A stretch of DNA of 19,451 nucleotides from a bacterium (GTDB lineage Bacteria > Electryoneota > Electryoneia > Electryoneales > Electryoneaceae): assembly GCA_043801585.1 (NCBI GenBank), contig JAZDLX010000036.1:1-19451 (forward strand), read 5' to 3'. Both the position numbers and the translations under genes were made by a program. Below the pieces are notes generated by a model. That model did no database searches. It worked only from the letters and a program-made list of their open reading frames with translations, and was not told the origin of the DNA. This document shows positions 1 through 8,908 of the stretch, piece after piece. Positions within the stretch are counted from its first letter, which is position 1; each line of letters begins with the position of its first letter.

Positions 1-574
1 TCACTGATGCGGATCAGGCGTGAATTCATTCGATTGATTTCCGGCTGGGCGGAATCGATCGTTTGCACGGATCGGTTCCACAGCTGCAAAGCGATGATGG
101 TTTGCTGCTGCCGACTCCCCGAACACTTCCCCCTGTCCTGCTGATAGTGTTTCTCCAAGCGGCTGTCAAGAAACATGCCGCCATAGGATGAATCCTTGGC
201 GGCTCCCGGCTCGCGAGTGGGGTTTACCTGATTCACGCAAGGATTCCGGGGAAACTGAGACAAGTCAGAAAAGTGATCTTGTTGAAGTAATGGATGATCT
301 GTTCCTCGCCCGGAAAGCCCGACACCATCAGCGTCGAGCAGAATTCGGGACCACTTTGTATCCCCATTGCGGGAGGCTCATTGAACGTCTCTAAAATCAA
401 ACGGCCAACTTTCACCATCTGACGAGGTGTTTCTGATAAGCATCTGATTTGAACAAGGGCATTGATATTGTTGTTTGCCTTTCAGAACTTTCATCCTGAC
501 CATGGCATTCCTCATTCCTTTCCAGCTATGCAAGCAGCATGATTCAAGCCCGAACCAACGACGAGAGGCTGAAG

Positions 575-1507
575 ATGTCACGTAGAACGTTTCCCTTGGC
601 ATTGCTGGGATTGTGTGCACTCGGTTTGAATGCGATGGCAGCCGACACTCTTCCTGTCCTTATCGAACCAGCCACGCTGTCCGGGATGATGAGCGACAGC
701 AACCTGGTGATCCTCCATATTGGCCCATCGGATGGGTACGACAAAGAGCATATCCCGGGTGCAAGAAGAATGAGTGCCCGTCCATTCATCCTGAATGAGA
801 CTGAGGAGGGTCGCAAGCACGAGGTCCCGGCACTCGAGACACTCGATTCACTCGCACAATCTCTCGGTCTCAGGAACGATTCGAAGATTGTGATCACCTA
901 TGATGCTCCCAATGCCCTGATGTCCGCGTCGCGCATCTTCATGACCTTCGAGTACATGGGTTTTAATGGACAGGTGGCCGTGCTTAATGGCGGACTGCCC
1001 GCGTGGAAGGCGATGGAATACCCGACAACCGATGAAGTTCCCGAGTGGGAGGTCAGTGACATCGCACTCAAACTCAACCAGGATGTGATTGTTGAGACCG
1101 ATTGGGTGCTCAATAATCTGAAAAACCGGAACGTGGCCATCTTCGATTGCCGTCCCGGTGAGATCTACTCAGGTGAAATCGTCTTGAATGACGGTGATCC
1201 TGCAGGCCACATTGAGGGAGCCTACAATCTATTCTACATGGACCTCCTCGTCGATGGCAAGTATCCCGACTTGGAGACCCTGAAATCCGATTTCCTCACT
1301 GCGGGACTCCCCGGTGGGGATATTACAGTGGTCATGTACTGTAGAACTGGCCTCTGGGCAGCTCCGATCTACCTTGCGGCTCGTTCGCTTGATATGAACG
1401 TTCGGTTCTACGATGGATCGTTTGAAGCCTGGATATCCGATCCCTCACGTCCGGTCGCGGGCCCGAAGAAGAAATCCTGGTTCAAACGGCTCTTCGGAAA
1501 GGATTGA
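575..1507 (+). CDS. Exported tandem-domain rhodanese / sulfurtransferase (SseA/TST-like)
   Basis: Motifs HIPGA, VLNGGLPAW, GHIEGA, active-site loop YCRTG (Cys codon 1340-1342) and C-terminal rhodanese signature YDGSFEAW. Start moved from 539 to ATG 575 because GAGAGG lies at 563-568 and the N-terminus then reads as a signal peptide (MSRRTFPLALLGLCALGLNAMA-A). Confidence 0.9.
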   Translation: MSRRTFPLALLGLCALGLNAMAADTLPVLIEPATLSGMMSDSNLVILHIGPSDGYDKEHIPGARRMSARPFILNETEEGRKHEVPALETLDSLAQSLGLRNDSKIVITYDAPNALMSASRIFMTFEYMGFNGQVAVLNGGLPAWKAMEYPTTDEVPEWEVSDIALKLNQDVIVETDWVLNNLKNRNVAIFDCRPGEIYSGEIVLNDGDPAGHIEGAYNLFYMDLLVDGKYPDLETLKSDFLTAGLPGGDITVVMYCRTGLWAAPIYLAARSLDMNVRFYDGSFEAWISDPSRPVAGPKKKSWFKRLFGKD

Positions 1508-1509
1508 CC

Positions 1510-2037
1510 ATGGACAATCCGTCGCCTCAAAAACCGTACTGGAATCCTTACCTGGCCGGATTTGGCCTTGGCCTTGTTCTGCTCGCCAGTTTCATGGTGG
1601 CGGGACGGGGTTTGGGCGCCTCGGGAGGATTCGCCTCGCTTACCGCTCATCTCAGTGACCTGATCGCCCCGGCTCACACCCGTTCCAATCCAGTGGCATC
1701 GGCATTCCTGACGACGCCCGGGGGTGGATTGTTCAGTGAATGGATCGTCTTGGAAGTGATTGGATTGTGTCTGGGAGGTTTTGTCGCCGCTTTCTCTGCA
1801 CGACGTGTGGTGAGTGAGGTCGCGCAGGGAAGCTCTATCTCCATTCCCCTGCGGTTGCTCGCCGCCTTCTCAGGTGGAGTGATGATGGGGTTTGCGGCAC
1901 GTGTCGCCCGCGGATGCACGAGTGGACAGGCGCTCACTGGCAGCGCACTCCTCTCTGTGGGTGGATGGCTGTTCATGCTCTCTTTGTTCGCGGGGGGTTA
2001 TCTCGCTGCGAGATTCGTAAGGAGGCTTTGGACATGA
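1510..2037 (+). CDS. YeeE/YedE family sulfur-compound transporter, half-size subunit
   Basis: Hydrophobic Gly-rich protein with WNPYLAGFGLG, GLGASG and the conserved ARGCTSG motif. ATG at 1510 lies 2 nt after the upstream TGA. Confidence 0.88.
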   Translation: MDNPSPQKPYWNPYLAGFGLGLVLLASFMVAGRGLGASGGFASLTAHLSDLIAPAHTRSNPVASAFLTTPGGGLFSEWIVLEVIGLCLGGFVAAFSARRVVSEVAQGSSISIPLRLLAAFSGGVMMGFAARVARGCTSGQALTGSALLSVGGWLFMLSLFAGGYLAARFVRRLWT

Positions 2038-3161
2038 TGCCATTCTATCCAAGCGGATCGATCGGTCTCGGCCTCCATCTTTTCTTCGGCCTGATGATAG
2101 GGTTTGGATTCGGATTTTTCCTCGAGAAGGGTGGTCTCGGCTACGCTCCGAAACTCGCCGGACAGTTCTATTTCCGCGATCTGACCGTATTCAAGGTCAT
2201 GTTTACAGCGGTTCTGACTGCCATGATCGGCCTGTTCTGGTTCAGCAGGATCGGCCTTTTGGATTTTGAGATCGTTACGGTCCCTCCCACTTATCTCTGG
2301 CCCCAGTTCACCGCCGGCGTGATATTTGGTGTCGGGTTTGTCATCTCTGGTCTCTGCCCGGGAACAGCCTGGATTTCGCTCGTGTCGGGCAAGTGGGATG
2401 GGGCAATGGTGCTGCTCGGTATTTTTGTGGGAACGGCCCTGTTCACCGAACTTTTCCCCGTCATCGGCGATTGGATAGTTGTCTCCTCAAAAGGGAGACT
2501 CCTGCTTCCGGATGTGTTTGGCATGAGTTGGGGTGTGCTCGTCATGCTGATTGCATTCATCGCACTCGGCGCCTTCGCTCTGCTTGCCTGGTTTGAGACT
2601 CCGTGCGATGAGCGTCGTATCGGCGATCTGTTCAAACGCCCGCGAACAACGACTGTCCTCGCGTCGGTGGCATTCCTGCTCGCTCTCAGTGCAGCCATCT
2701 CGGGTGATCCTGATGCGATGTCTGCCCGCCTCGATCAAGCCGGCATGATCGGACCGGTGGAGGTTGGACGCGCGATCATGACACGGCGGGCCGATTTCAC
2801 CCTGATCGACATTCGCGACCCCGGCGTATATAATGCCTACCATATCCCATCGGCGATGAACCTGACTGCGGATCAATTGAACTTGACCTCGCTTTCCGAC
2901 CTGGACAGCTCAGTGGTCATTTATGGTGCCCATGATGTTCTCGCACAACGGGCGGCGAGCCAATTGAGAACATTGGGTGTCAAGGAGGTGCAGATCCTTC
3001 GTGGTGGGATCGACGGCTGGCGCCGGGAGGTTCTCTTCCCGGTGGTCCCGGCGAATGCTGAGGGCAAATTCCTGCAGAACATGTCGCGATTCTTCGGAGG
3101 CTCCCCGCTGATCGGCGGGAAAAGTCCATCAGGTGCTAACTACACTCGGGAAGGATGCTGA
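2034..3161 (+). CDS. YeeE/YedE family half-transporter fused to a C-terminal rhodanese-like domain
   Basis: N-terminal GFGFGFFLE, DLTVFKVMFTA and GLCPGT motifs. After an extra TM helix come rhodanese motifs LIDIR, YHIPSA and LRGGIDGW. Start at ATG 2034 has SD AAGGAGG at 2019-2025 and an ATGA overlap with the upstream stop. Confidence 0.85.
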   Translation: MMPFYPSGSIGLGLHLFFGLMIGFGFGFFLEKGGLGYAPKLAGQFYFRDLTVFKVMFTAVLTAMIGLFWFSRIGLLDFEIVTVPPTYLWPQFTAGVIFGVGFVISGLCPGTAWISLVSGKWDGAMVLLGIFVGTALFTELFPVIGDWIVVSSKGRLLLPDVFGMSWGVLVMLIAFIALGAFALLAWFETPCDERRIGDLFKRPRTTTVLASVAFLLALSAAISGDPDAMSARLDQAGMIGPVEVGRAIMTRRADFTLIDIRDPGVYNAYHIPSAMNLTADQLNLTSLSDLDSSVVIYGAHDVLAQRAASQLRTLGVKEVQILRGGIDGWRREVLFPVVPANAEGKFLQNMSRFFGGSPLIGGKSPSGANYTREGC

Positions 3162-3192
3162 GGTTATCCGCACTGCTCGACCTGGAAGCTTG

Positions 3193-3275
3193 CAGGAAAA
3201 TGTACCAGGTACTTTCATCCCGATCAGGTTCGCTGCCCGACCTCGCGGTAAAAAGGTACCTGGTACATTTTCCTG
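3193..3275. repeat. Long palindromic (REP/MITE-like) repeat, copy 1
   Basis: Perfect 20-bp inverted repeat CAGGAAAATGTACCAGGTAC (3193-3212) / GTACCTGGTACATTTTCCTG (3256-3275). A second copy lies at 18782-18868. Confidence 0.9.
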
Positions 3276-3461
3276 TTCTGGATATCATAAGCCGGAAATG
3301 TAGCGTTTGATCCTTGTAGTACCACCTGCCCGCAAAATGAACGCAGGTATTCCAACCACACTTGCTATGAACCGAAAACCGTTGTATTACTTGGCTGTAG
3401 GCTCTTGCCAAACATTACCAAATAACCAATTCAACCTATTGCGTTTGTAAGGGCTAACTCC

Positions 3462-3490
3462 TTTACCCTGTTGCTCTATCCGCCTATATT
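3462..3490 (+). promoter_or_regulatory. Candidate sigma70-type promoter for the pyrimidine catabolism cluster
   Basis: TTTACC (3462-3467), 17-nt spacer, TATATT (3485-3490), 55 nt upstream of ATG 3546. Consensus match only. Confidence 0.35.
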
Positions 3491-3545
3491 GAGCTCTTCA
3501 CCTTCGAACAGTTTCCAAGGGGTACTTTCTTTGGGGGATTACACG

Positions 3546-5024
3546 ATGACGAACGATGGGACTCGCAGCCATGTCAGTTTGATCAGGAATTACATCAACG
3601 GTAAGTTTGTTGAATCTTCCTCTACCACTCTCCTCGATGTCCTGAATCCGGCCACCGGGGGATGTATAGCCAGGGTACCACTTTCCACTGATGAGGAACT
3701 CAATGCTGCTGTTGCTGCGGCGAAAGCGGCATTTCCTCAATGGCGCAGGACACCTCCACTTGAACGGTCTCGATACTTTTTTCATCTGAAGACCATTTTC
3801 GAGGACCGTTTCGAGGAGGCTTCCAGGATTCTCGCGACTGAGAACGGGAAAACGCTCGCTGAATCGCGTGGTTCGGTCCGCCGTGCCATCGAGAATATCG
3901 AAGTCGCCGCCGGAATTCCCAGCCTGATGCAGGGAGAGTCCCTGGAAGATGTCTCCGCTGGTATCGATACGGTCGCCTTTCGTCGTCCCATCGGTGTCTT
4001 CGCAGCGATCACTCCGTTTAATTTCCCCTTCATGGTGCCGCTTTGGTTTCTCCCCTATGCGATCGCTTGTGGGAACACATTCGTTCTGAAACCGTCCGAG
4101 CAAGTTCCCATGTCTGCGGCGTTCGTCTATGAAATCCTGGATGCGATTGGTCTCCCGCCCGGAGTGGTGAACCTGGTAAACGGGGCAAAAAACATCGTTG
4201 ATGGTATCTGCACCCACCCTGACATCGCAGGAGTATCCTTCGTCGGTTCTTCACCGGTTGCCCGACATGTCTACCGTCTCGCCGGAGAACATGGCAAGCG
4301 TGTTCAGGCTCTTGGCGGTGCGAAGAACTTCTTTGTGGTGACCGCCGACTGCGACCTCGACTTCGCGGCGGAAAATATTCTCGCCTCCGGCTTCGGATGC
4401 GCGGGTGAAAGGTGTCTGGCGACCAGTGTCCTGTTGGTTGAGGAAAAGATTTACGGGGATTTGCGAGCAAAACTGGTCGAGGGAGCGAAGAAGATTGTCG
4501 TCGGCAACGGGCTGGATGAAAAAATCGTCGTGGGGCCGGTCGTATCTGCAAAGCACAAGGAAAAGGTCCTCTCATACATCGAAAAAGGAATTGAAGAGAA
4601 AGCTGAATTGATCCTCGATGGCCGCAACGTTGTGGTCAAGGGTTACGAGGGGGGGTTCTATGTCGGCCCGACGATATTTGACAAGGTCACTCCGGATATG
4701 ACCATCGCCAGGGAGGAGATCTTCGGACCCGTGTTGTCGATGATCCGTATCAAGGACCTTAAGGAGGCCTTCAGCATCATCGATCAGCATCCACTGGCAA
4801 ACACGACTTCCATATTCACGAATTCCGGAAAATCAGCCAGAGAATTCCAATACAACGTGGACGCCAGTATGATCGGAATCAATATTGGCGTGCCCGCGCC
4901 GATGTCCTTTTTCAGCTTCGGAGGGGCGAAAAAATCATTTTTCGGCGACCGCAAGGCCCACGGCCGGGAATCGATCGACTTCTACACCGACAGAAAAGTG
5001 ATCATCTCTCGCTGGAAGTGGTAA
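3546..5024 (+). CDS. mmsA: CoA-acylating (methyl)malonate-semialdehyde dehydrogenase
   Basis: ALDH motifs ITPFNFP, LKPSE, SFVGSS, KRVQALGGAKN, catalytic AGERCLA, EEIFGPV and GINIGVPAP, typical of MmsA/IolA. ATG 3546 has a G-rich SD and is preferred over TTG 3471. Confidence 0.9.
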   Translation: MTNDGTRSHVSLIRNYINGKFVESSSTTLLDVLNPATGGCIARVPLSTDEELNAAVAAAKAAFPQWRRTPPLERSRYFFHLKTIFEDRFEEASRILATENGKTLAESRGSVRRAIENIEVAAGIPSLMQGESLEDVSAGIDTVAFRRPIGVFAAITPFNFPFMVPLWFLPYAIACGNTFVLKPSEQVPMSAAFVYEILDAIGLPPGVVNLVNGAKNIVDGICTHPDIAGVSFVGSSPVARHVYRLAGEHGKRVQALGGAKNFFVVTADCDLDFAAENILASGFGCAGERCLATSVLLVEEKIYGDLRAKLVEGAKKIVVGNGLDEKIVVGPVVSAKHKEKVLSYIEKGIEEKAELILDGRNVVVKGYEGGFYVGPTIFDKVTPDMTIAREEIFGPVLSMIRIKDLKEAFSIIDQHPLANTTSIFTNSGKSAREFQYNVDASMIGINIGVPAPMSFFSFGGAKKSFFGDRKAHGRESIDFYTDRKVIISRWKW

Positions 5025-5125
5025 TGACTTGATTTTCGACGACTTGCAAGGCGATAGATCGTTCTGTTTTGACTGTGTGTTTTCATCGTTGCAGTGTGCT
5101 GCAGCGTAGCATAAAGGGTTGAGCT

Positions 5126-5992
5126 ATGCCAAGAATAGTCAAATGCGGGCTCGTTCAGTGCTCAAATCCGATCAACGACGAGAACGCTCCGATGAAGGAA
5201 ATTTCTTCCGCAATGTTCGACAAGCACCTTCCTTTCATTGATCAGGCGGGGAAACAGGGCGTTCAAATCTTGTGCCTGCAGGAGCTTTTCAACGCACCCT
5301 ATTTCTGCCCCAGCCAGGATTCACGTTGGCAGGACCTCACGGAACCTGTTCCCGGCCCGACAGTCGAAGCGCTGATGCCATACGCACGCAAGTATAAGAT
5401 GGTCATGATTATTCCAGTCTACGAGCGGGAACAGGCTGGGGAGTATTACAACACTGCGGCTGTTCTGGATGCCGACGGCTCCTACCTCGGCAAATACCGC
5501 AAGACTCATATCCCCCACACCAGCGGCTTCTGGGAGAAGTTCTTCTTCAGGCCGGGCAATCTGGGCTATCCAATATTCGAAACGCGTTACGCAAAAATCG
5601 GTGTTTACATCTGTTATGACCGGCATTTTCCTGAGGGTGCGCGGGCACTCGGTTTGAATGGCGCGGAGATCGTTTTTAATCCATCCGCAACCGTCAAGGG
5701 GCTTTCCCAATATCTCTGGAAGCTTGAACAGCCCGCTCACTCGGTGGCGAACGGCTACTTCATGGGTTGCATCAACAGAGTCGGCGTTGAACCTCCGTGG
5801 AATATCGGCGAATTCTACGGCACAAGTTATTTTGTCGATCCTCGAGGAAATATCCTGGCGGAGGGGTCAGACGATTCCGATGAGCTGGTCACAGCCGACC
5901 TCGACCTTGACATGATCGAAGAAGTCAGAAGAGTGTGGCAATTCTTCCGGGACAGGAGACCTGAAGCGTACGACAGGCTTACTCAGCTGTAG
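5126..5992 (+). CDS. Nitrilase-superfamily beta-ureidopropionase (N-carbamoyl-beta-alanine amidohydrolase)
   Basis: Glu-Lys-Cys triad motifs CLQELF, YRKTHIP and ICYDRHFPE, plus RDRRPE. Substrate is inferred from the preT/preA/hydantoinase context. Confidence 0.85.
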   Translation: MPRIVKCGLVQCSNPINDENAPMKEISSAMFDKHLPFIDQAGKQGVQILCLQELFNAPYFCPSQDSRWQDLTEPVPGPTVEALMPYARKYKMVMIIPVYEREQAGEYYNTAAVLDADGSYLGKYRKTHIPHTSGFWEKFFFRPGNLGYPIFETRYAKIGVYICYDRHFPEGARALGLNGAEIVFNPSATVKGLSQYLWKLEQPAHSVANGYFMGCINRVGVEPPWNIGEFYGTSYFVDPRGNILAEGSDDSDELVTADLDLDMIEEVRRVWQFFRDRRPEAYDRLTQL

Positions 5993-6170
5993 TGGTTTCG
6001 TTCAGGAATTGCCGATTGTCATTCGGGAAAAAATCGTCCACGCATTTTGCCGCCAGTTCGACGGTGGCCATCATCTGCAGGTGCCGCTTGGACGCAGATT
6101 CAGATTCGGGAGAGAGCATCATTGCTGATGATTGGATCTCCGGGCATTGCCGGAAAGAAGGGGGAAAGAG

Positions 6171-7490
6171 ATGGGCGCCAATCCAAAATCTGCTGAGATT
6201 AAGAAGGATCACGATGAATATCTTTTCCCTTCTGTTATCAACTACTACAAAGAACCGATCGCGTTGGAATCCGGAAAAGGTTGTGTGGTCGTTGATGCGG
6301 ATGGAAACAGCTACCTTGATTTTTTCGGCGGCATCCTGACCGTTTCGATTGGCCATGCGGATGATCGAATAAACAAAGCGGTCATTGCACAGATGAATCG
6401 CCTGGGACATACCTCGACTCTCTACCCCAACATACAAATGGTTGAGCTGGCGAAACAGCTTGCGCGAATTACCCCTGGAAAACTTCAGAAATGCTTCTTC
6501 ACCACCTCCGGAACGGAGGCTGACGAAACAGCCGTCATGATCGCTCAGGCGTTCACCGGTTCCTCGGAAATCATCGCCCTCCGTCACGGCTATTCAGGAA
6601 GATCGTTGCTCGCACAATCTCTGACTGCCCACTCCGCCTGGCGCGGTACGCAGACACAGGTGGCAGCGGTAAAACACGCTCTGAATCCCTACTGCTATCG
6701 TTGCCCCCTCGGCCTCAAGTACCCCGGCTGTGAAATCAAATGCGCCAGGGATATTGAAGATCTGATCCAGACCACAACCTTTGGCAGCATTGCGGCATTT
6801 CTGGCTGAACCGATCCAGGGAGTCGGAGGATTCATCGTTCCGCCAAAGGAATATTTCAAGATTGCTGTTGAGATCATCCGAAAGTATGGCGGCGTTTTCA
6901 TCTGCGACGAAGTCCAGACTGGCTTCGGGCGGACCGGAACGAAAATGTTTGGCATCGAACACTTCGGTGTCGAACCTGAAATCATGACGATGGCAAAAGG
7001 CATTGCAAATGGAATGCCGCTCGGAGCGACGATCGCTACCAACGAAGTAGCCAACGCGTTCAAAAAACTGACCATTTCGACATTCGGCGGCAATCCCATT
7101 TCCTGTGCCGCGGCGAACGCAACCCTGAAGATTATCGAAGAGGACAATATTCCCCGGAAATCTGAGACAGCAGGAAAAATTCTGAATGAGGGTCTCCGCG
7201 AACTTGCGAAAAAACATCCAAAGGTCATAGGCGATGTTCGTGGTATGGGTTTGATGCAGGCGATCGAACTTGTGGCGAATGAACAGGCCGGTGACAGAAC
7301 TCCCAATCCGAACGCAACCTCCGCACTTTTTGAGGAGACCAGGAAACGGGGTCTACTGATTGGCAAAGGCGGATTGCACGGTAACGTCATCCGTATTTCG
7401 CCGCCGATGTCGGTCTCTGAATCGCAGTTGAAGGACGCGATCAGCTTATTGGATGAATCCTTTGTGGCATTGGAAAGCGGAAAGGCGTAG
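6171..7490 (+). CDS. Class III PLP-dependent aminotransferase, probably beta-alanine/3-aminoisobutyrate transaminase (AGXT2-like)
   Basis: YLDFFGGI, SGTEA, AEPIQGVGG, DEVQTGFGRTG, PLP-lysine MAKGIANG and DVRGMGLM. ATG 6171 follows a purine-rich SD. Substrate is inferred from context. Confidence 0.85.
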   Translation: MGANPKSAEIKKDHDEYLFPSVINYYKEPIALESGKGCVVVDADGNSYLDFFGGILTVSIGHADDRINKAVIAQMNRLGHTSTLYPNIQMVELAKQLARITPGKLQKCFFTTSGTEADETAVMIAQAFTGSSEIIALRHGYSGRSLLAQSLTAHSAWRGTQTQVAAVKHALNPYCYRCPLGLKYPGCEIKCARDIEDLIQTTTFGSIAAFLAEPIQGVGGFIVPPKEYFKIAVEIIRKYGGVFICDEVQTGFGRTGTKMFGIEHFGVEPEIMTMAKGIANGMPLGATIATNEVANAFKKLTISTFGGNPISCAAANATLKIIEEDNIPRKSETAGKILNEGLRELAKKHPKVIGDVRGMGLMQAIELVANEQAGDRTPNPNATSALFEETRKRGLLIGKGGLHGNVIRISPPMSVSESQLKDAISLLDESFVALESGKA

Positions 7491-7555
7491 AAGAGATGCA
7501 TTGATACTGTTTCGCGTCTATCCGATGGAAAGTGTTTCAGATTTGGTGGGTAACC

Positions 7556-8908
7556 ATGATGAATCCTGCTGACAGACTTTCGTCCGAGATGTACGAAACA
7601 TACTTTGCAGCACTGAAACAGCCTCTGTCAAAGAATGCGGCATTGGCCGAAGCTGCTCGATGCCTATTCTGTTTCGATGCTCCCTGCACCAGGATGTGCC
7701 CTGCACACATTGACGTTCCAAAATTCATCAGGAAAATAACGACTCACAACTTCACCGGTTCCGCTCGCACAATTCTGGAGCAGAATATCCTCGGGGAATC
7801 GTGCTCAAAGGTCTGTCCCGTGGAAACGCTGTGTGAGGGCGCCTGTGTAATGAACGAGAAGGGAGAGTTGCCGATACAGATCGGCAGATTGCAGTTGTTT
7901 GCCACTCAGTGGCTGAGGGAAAGTGGCAAAACAGTATTTGATAAAGCCGCTCCGAATCAAAAATCAGTTGGTCTGGTTGGAGCTGGTCCGGCAAGTCTCG
8001 CGTGTGCTGCCTGCCTCGCTGTGAAAGGATACGACACAACGATTTATGGCGCGGACAGAATCCCGGGTGGACTCAACGCCACAGCGATTGCTGCCTACAA
8101 ACTTCATACCGAAGACGCCCTCGAAGAAATCAGGATGATTGAAAAGATGGGAGTGGTGATCAAACCGGGAACAAGGATCGGAAGTGACCTGACAATCGAT
8201 CAATTGCTGGAAACGCATGATGCCCTCTTCATCGGGACCGGGCTCGGTATGAATCATCAACTTGAAGTCCCGGGAATGGAACTCGATGGAGTGCTGGAGG
8301 CGCTTTCATTTATCAAGAACGCCAAAACGCTTCCTTTCAAAGATCTTCGCGCTGGCCGCGACGTTGTCGTCATCGGCGGAGGAAATACCGCGATCGACGC
8401 CGCTTTGGCTGCGAAGCTTCTCGGGGCGGATTCTGTGACCGTCGTCTACAGGCGTTCCAAAACTGAAATGCCGGCCTACGATCATGAATATGAACTTGCC
8501 ATGAGCAAAGGTGTCGTCTTTCAATTTCTGGCCGCACCCGTAAGGATCGAAGGTGACACTTCCGTCACATCGATAACCTGCAATCGCATGGAGCTTGGCG
8601 AACCGGACGAGTCGGGCAGGCGGCGCCCGATGATGATTAAAGGCTCCGAGTTTTCGATCAAGGCAGATAGGGTGCTGGTTGCTCTCGGGCAAAAGGCGGA
8701 TATCAAGTTCCTCGCCTCGCTGCCAAATACGGAAATACGAAACGGTCTTCTCGTCACTGATTCTGAATCAGGACAAACCGGCAATCCTCGCATCTTTGCC
8801 GGCGGTGACCTGGTTCATGGCGCAAAAGAAGTGGTCGATGCTGTTCAATCTGGCAAGGTTGCAGCTCACGGAATCGATTCATTTCTCTCTGGTAAGGAGG
8901 GATCATAA
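7556..8908 (+). CDS. preT: Dihydropyrimidine dehydrogenase subunit, GltD-like FAD/Fe-S protein
   Basis: Fe-S motifs RCLFCFDAPCTRMCP and CSKVCPVETLCEGAC, Rossmann motifs GAGPAS and GGGNTA, FAGGD. TAATG overlap with preA. Start is ATG 7556 or 7559. Confidence 0.88.
   Translation: MMNPADRLSSEMYETYFAALKQPLSKNAALAEAARCLFCFDAPCTRMCPAHIDVPKFIRKITTHNFTGSARTILEQNILGESCSKVCPVETLCEGACVMNEKGELPIQIGRLQLFATQWLRESGKTVFDKAAPNQKSVGLVGAGPASLACAACLAVKGYDTTIYGADRIPGGLNATAIAAYKLHTEDALEEIRMIEKMGVVIKPGTRIGSDLTIDQLLETHDALFIGTGLGMNHQLEVPGMELDGVLEALSFIKNAKTLPFKDLRAGRDVVVIGGGNTAIDAALAAKLLGADSVTVVYRRSKTEMPAYDHEYELAMSKGVVFQFLAAPVRIEGDTSVTSITCNRMELGEPDESGRRRPMMIKGSEFSIKADRVLVALGQKADIKFLASLPNTEIRNGLLVTDSESGQTGNPRIFAGGDLVHGAKEVVDAVQSGKVAAHGIDSFLSGKEGS

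Noticed and set aside
1..540. Short ORFs 188..394 (+), 233..418 (-), 378..620 (-) and a minus-strand frame open from 176 to the window edge
   Set aside because: No recognisable motifs or convincing RBS. A gene may start near the left edge on the minus strand, but this cannot be supported from the window.
1914..2033. 40-residue N-terminal extension of the YeeE-rhodanese fusion in the ORF track
   Set aside because: It overlaps the upstream CDS. A strong SD and the ATGA overlap point to 2034.
3193..3275. Possible CRISPR repeat
   Set aside because: The arms are inverted rather than direct, there is no array of unique spacers, and no cas genes are present.
3391..3408. Sigma54-like TTGGC...TTGC upstream of mmsA
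   Set aside because: The GG and GC are separated by 12 nt rather than the required 10.
3136..3411. ORF 3136..3411 (-), which shares STWYIFLQA with ORF 18711..18905 (-)
   Set aside because: The shared peptide is simply the translation of the palindromic DNA repeat, not a protein family.
5992..6170. 178-nt spacer between the nitrilase and aminotransferase genes as a possible riboswitch or small ORF
   Set aside because: I could not see a recognisable aptamer, terminator or coding signal.
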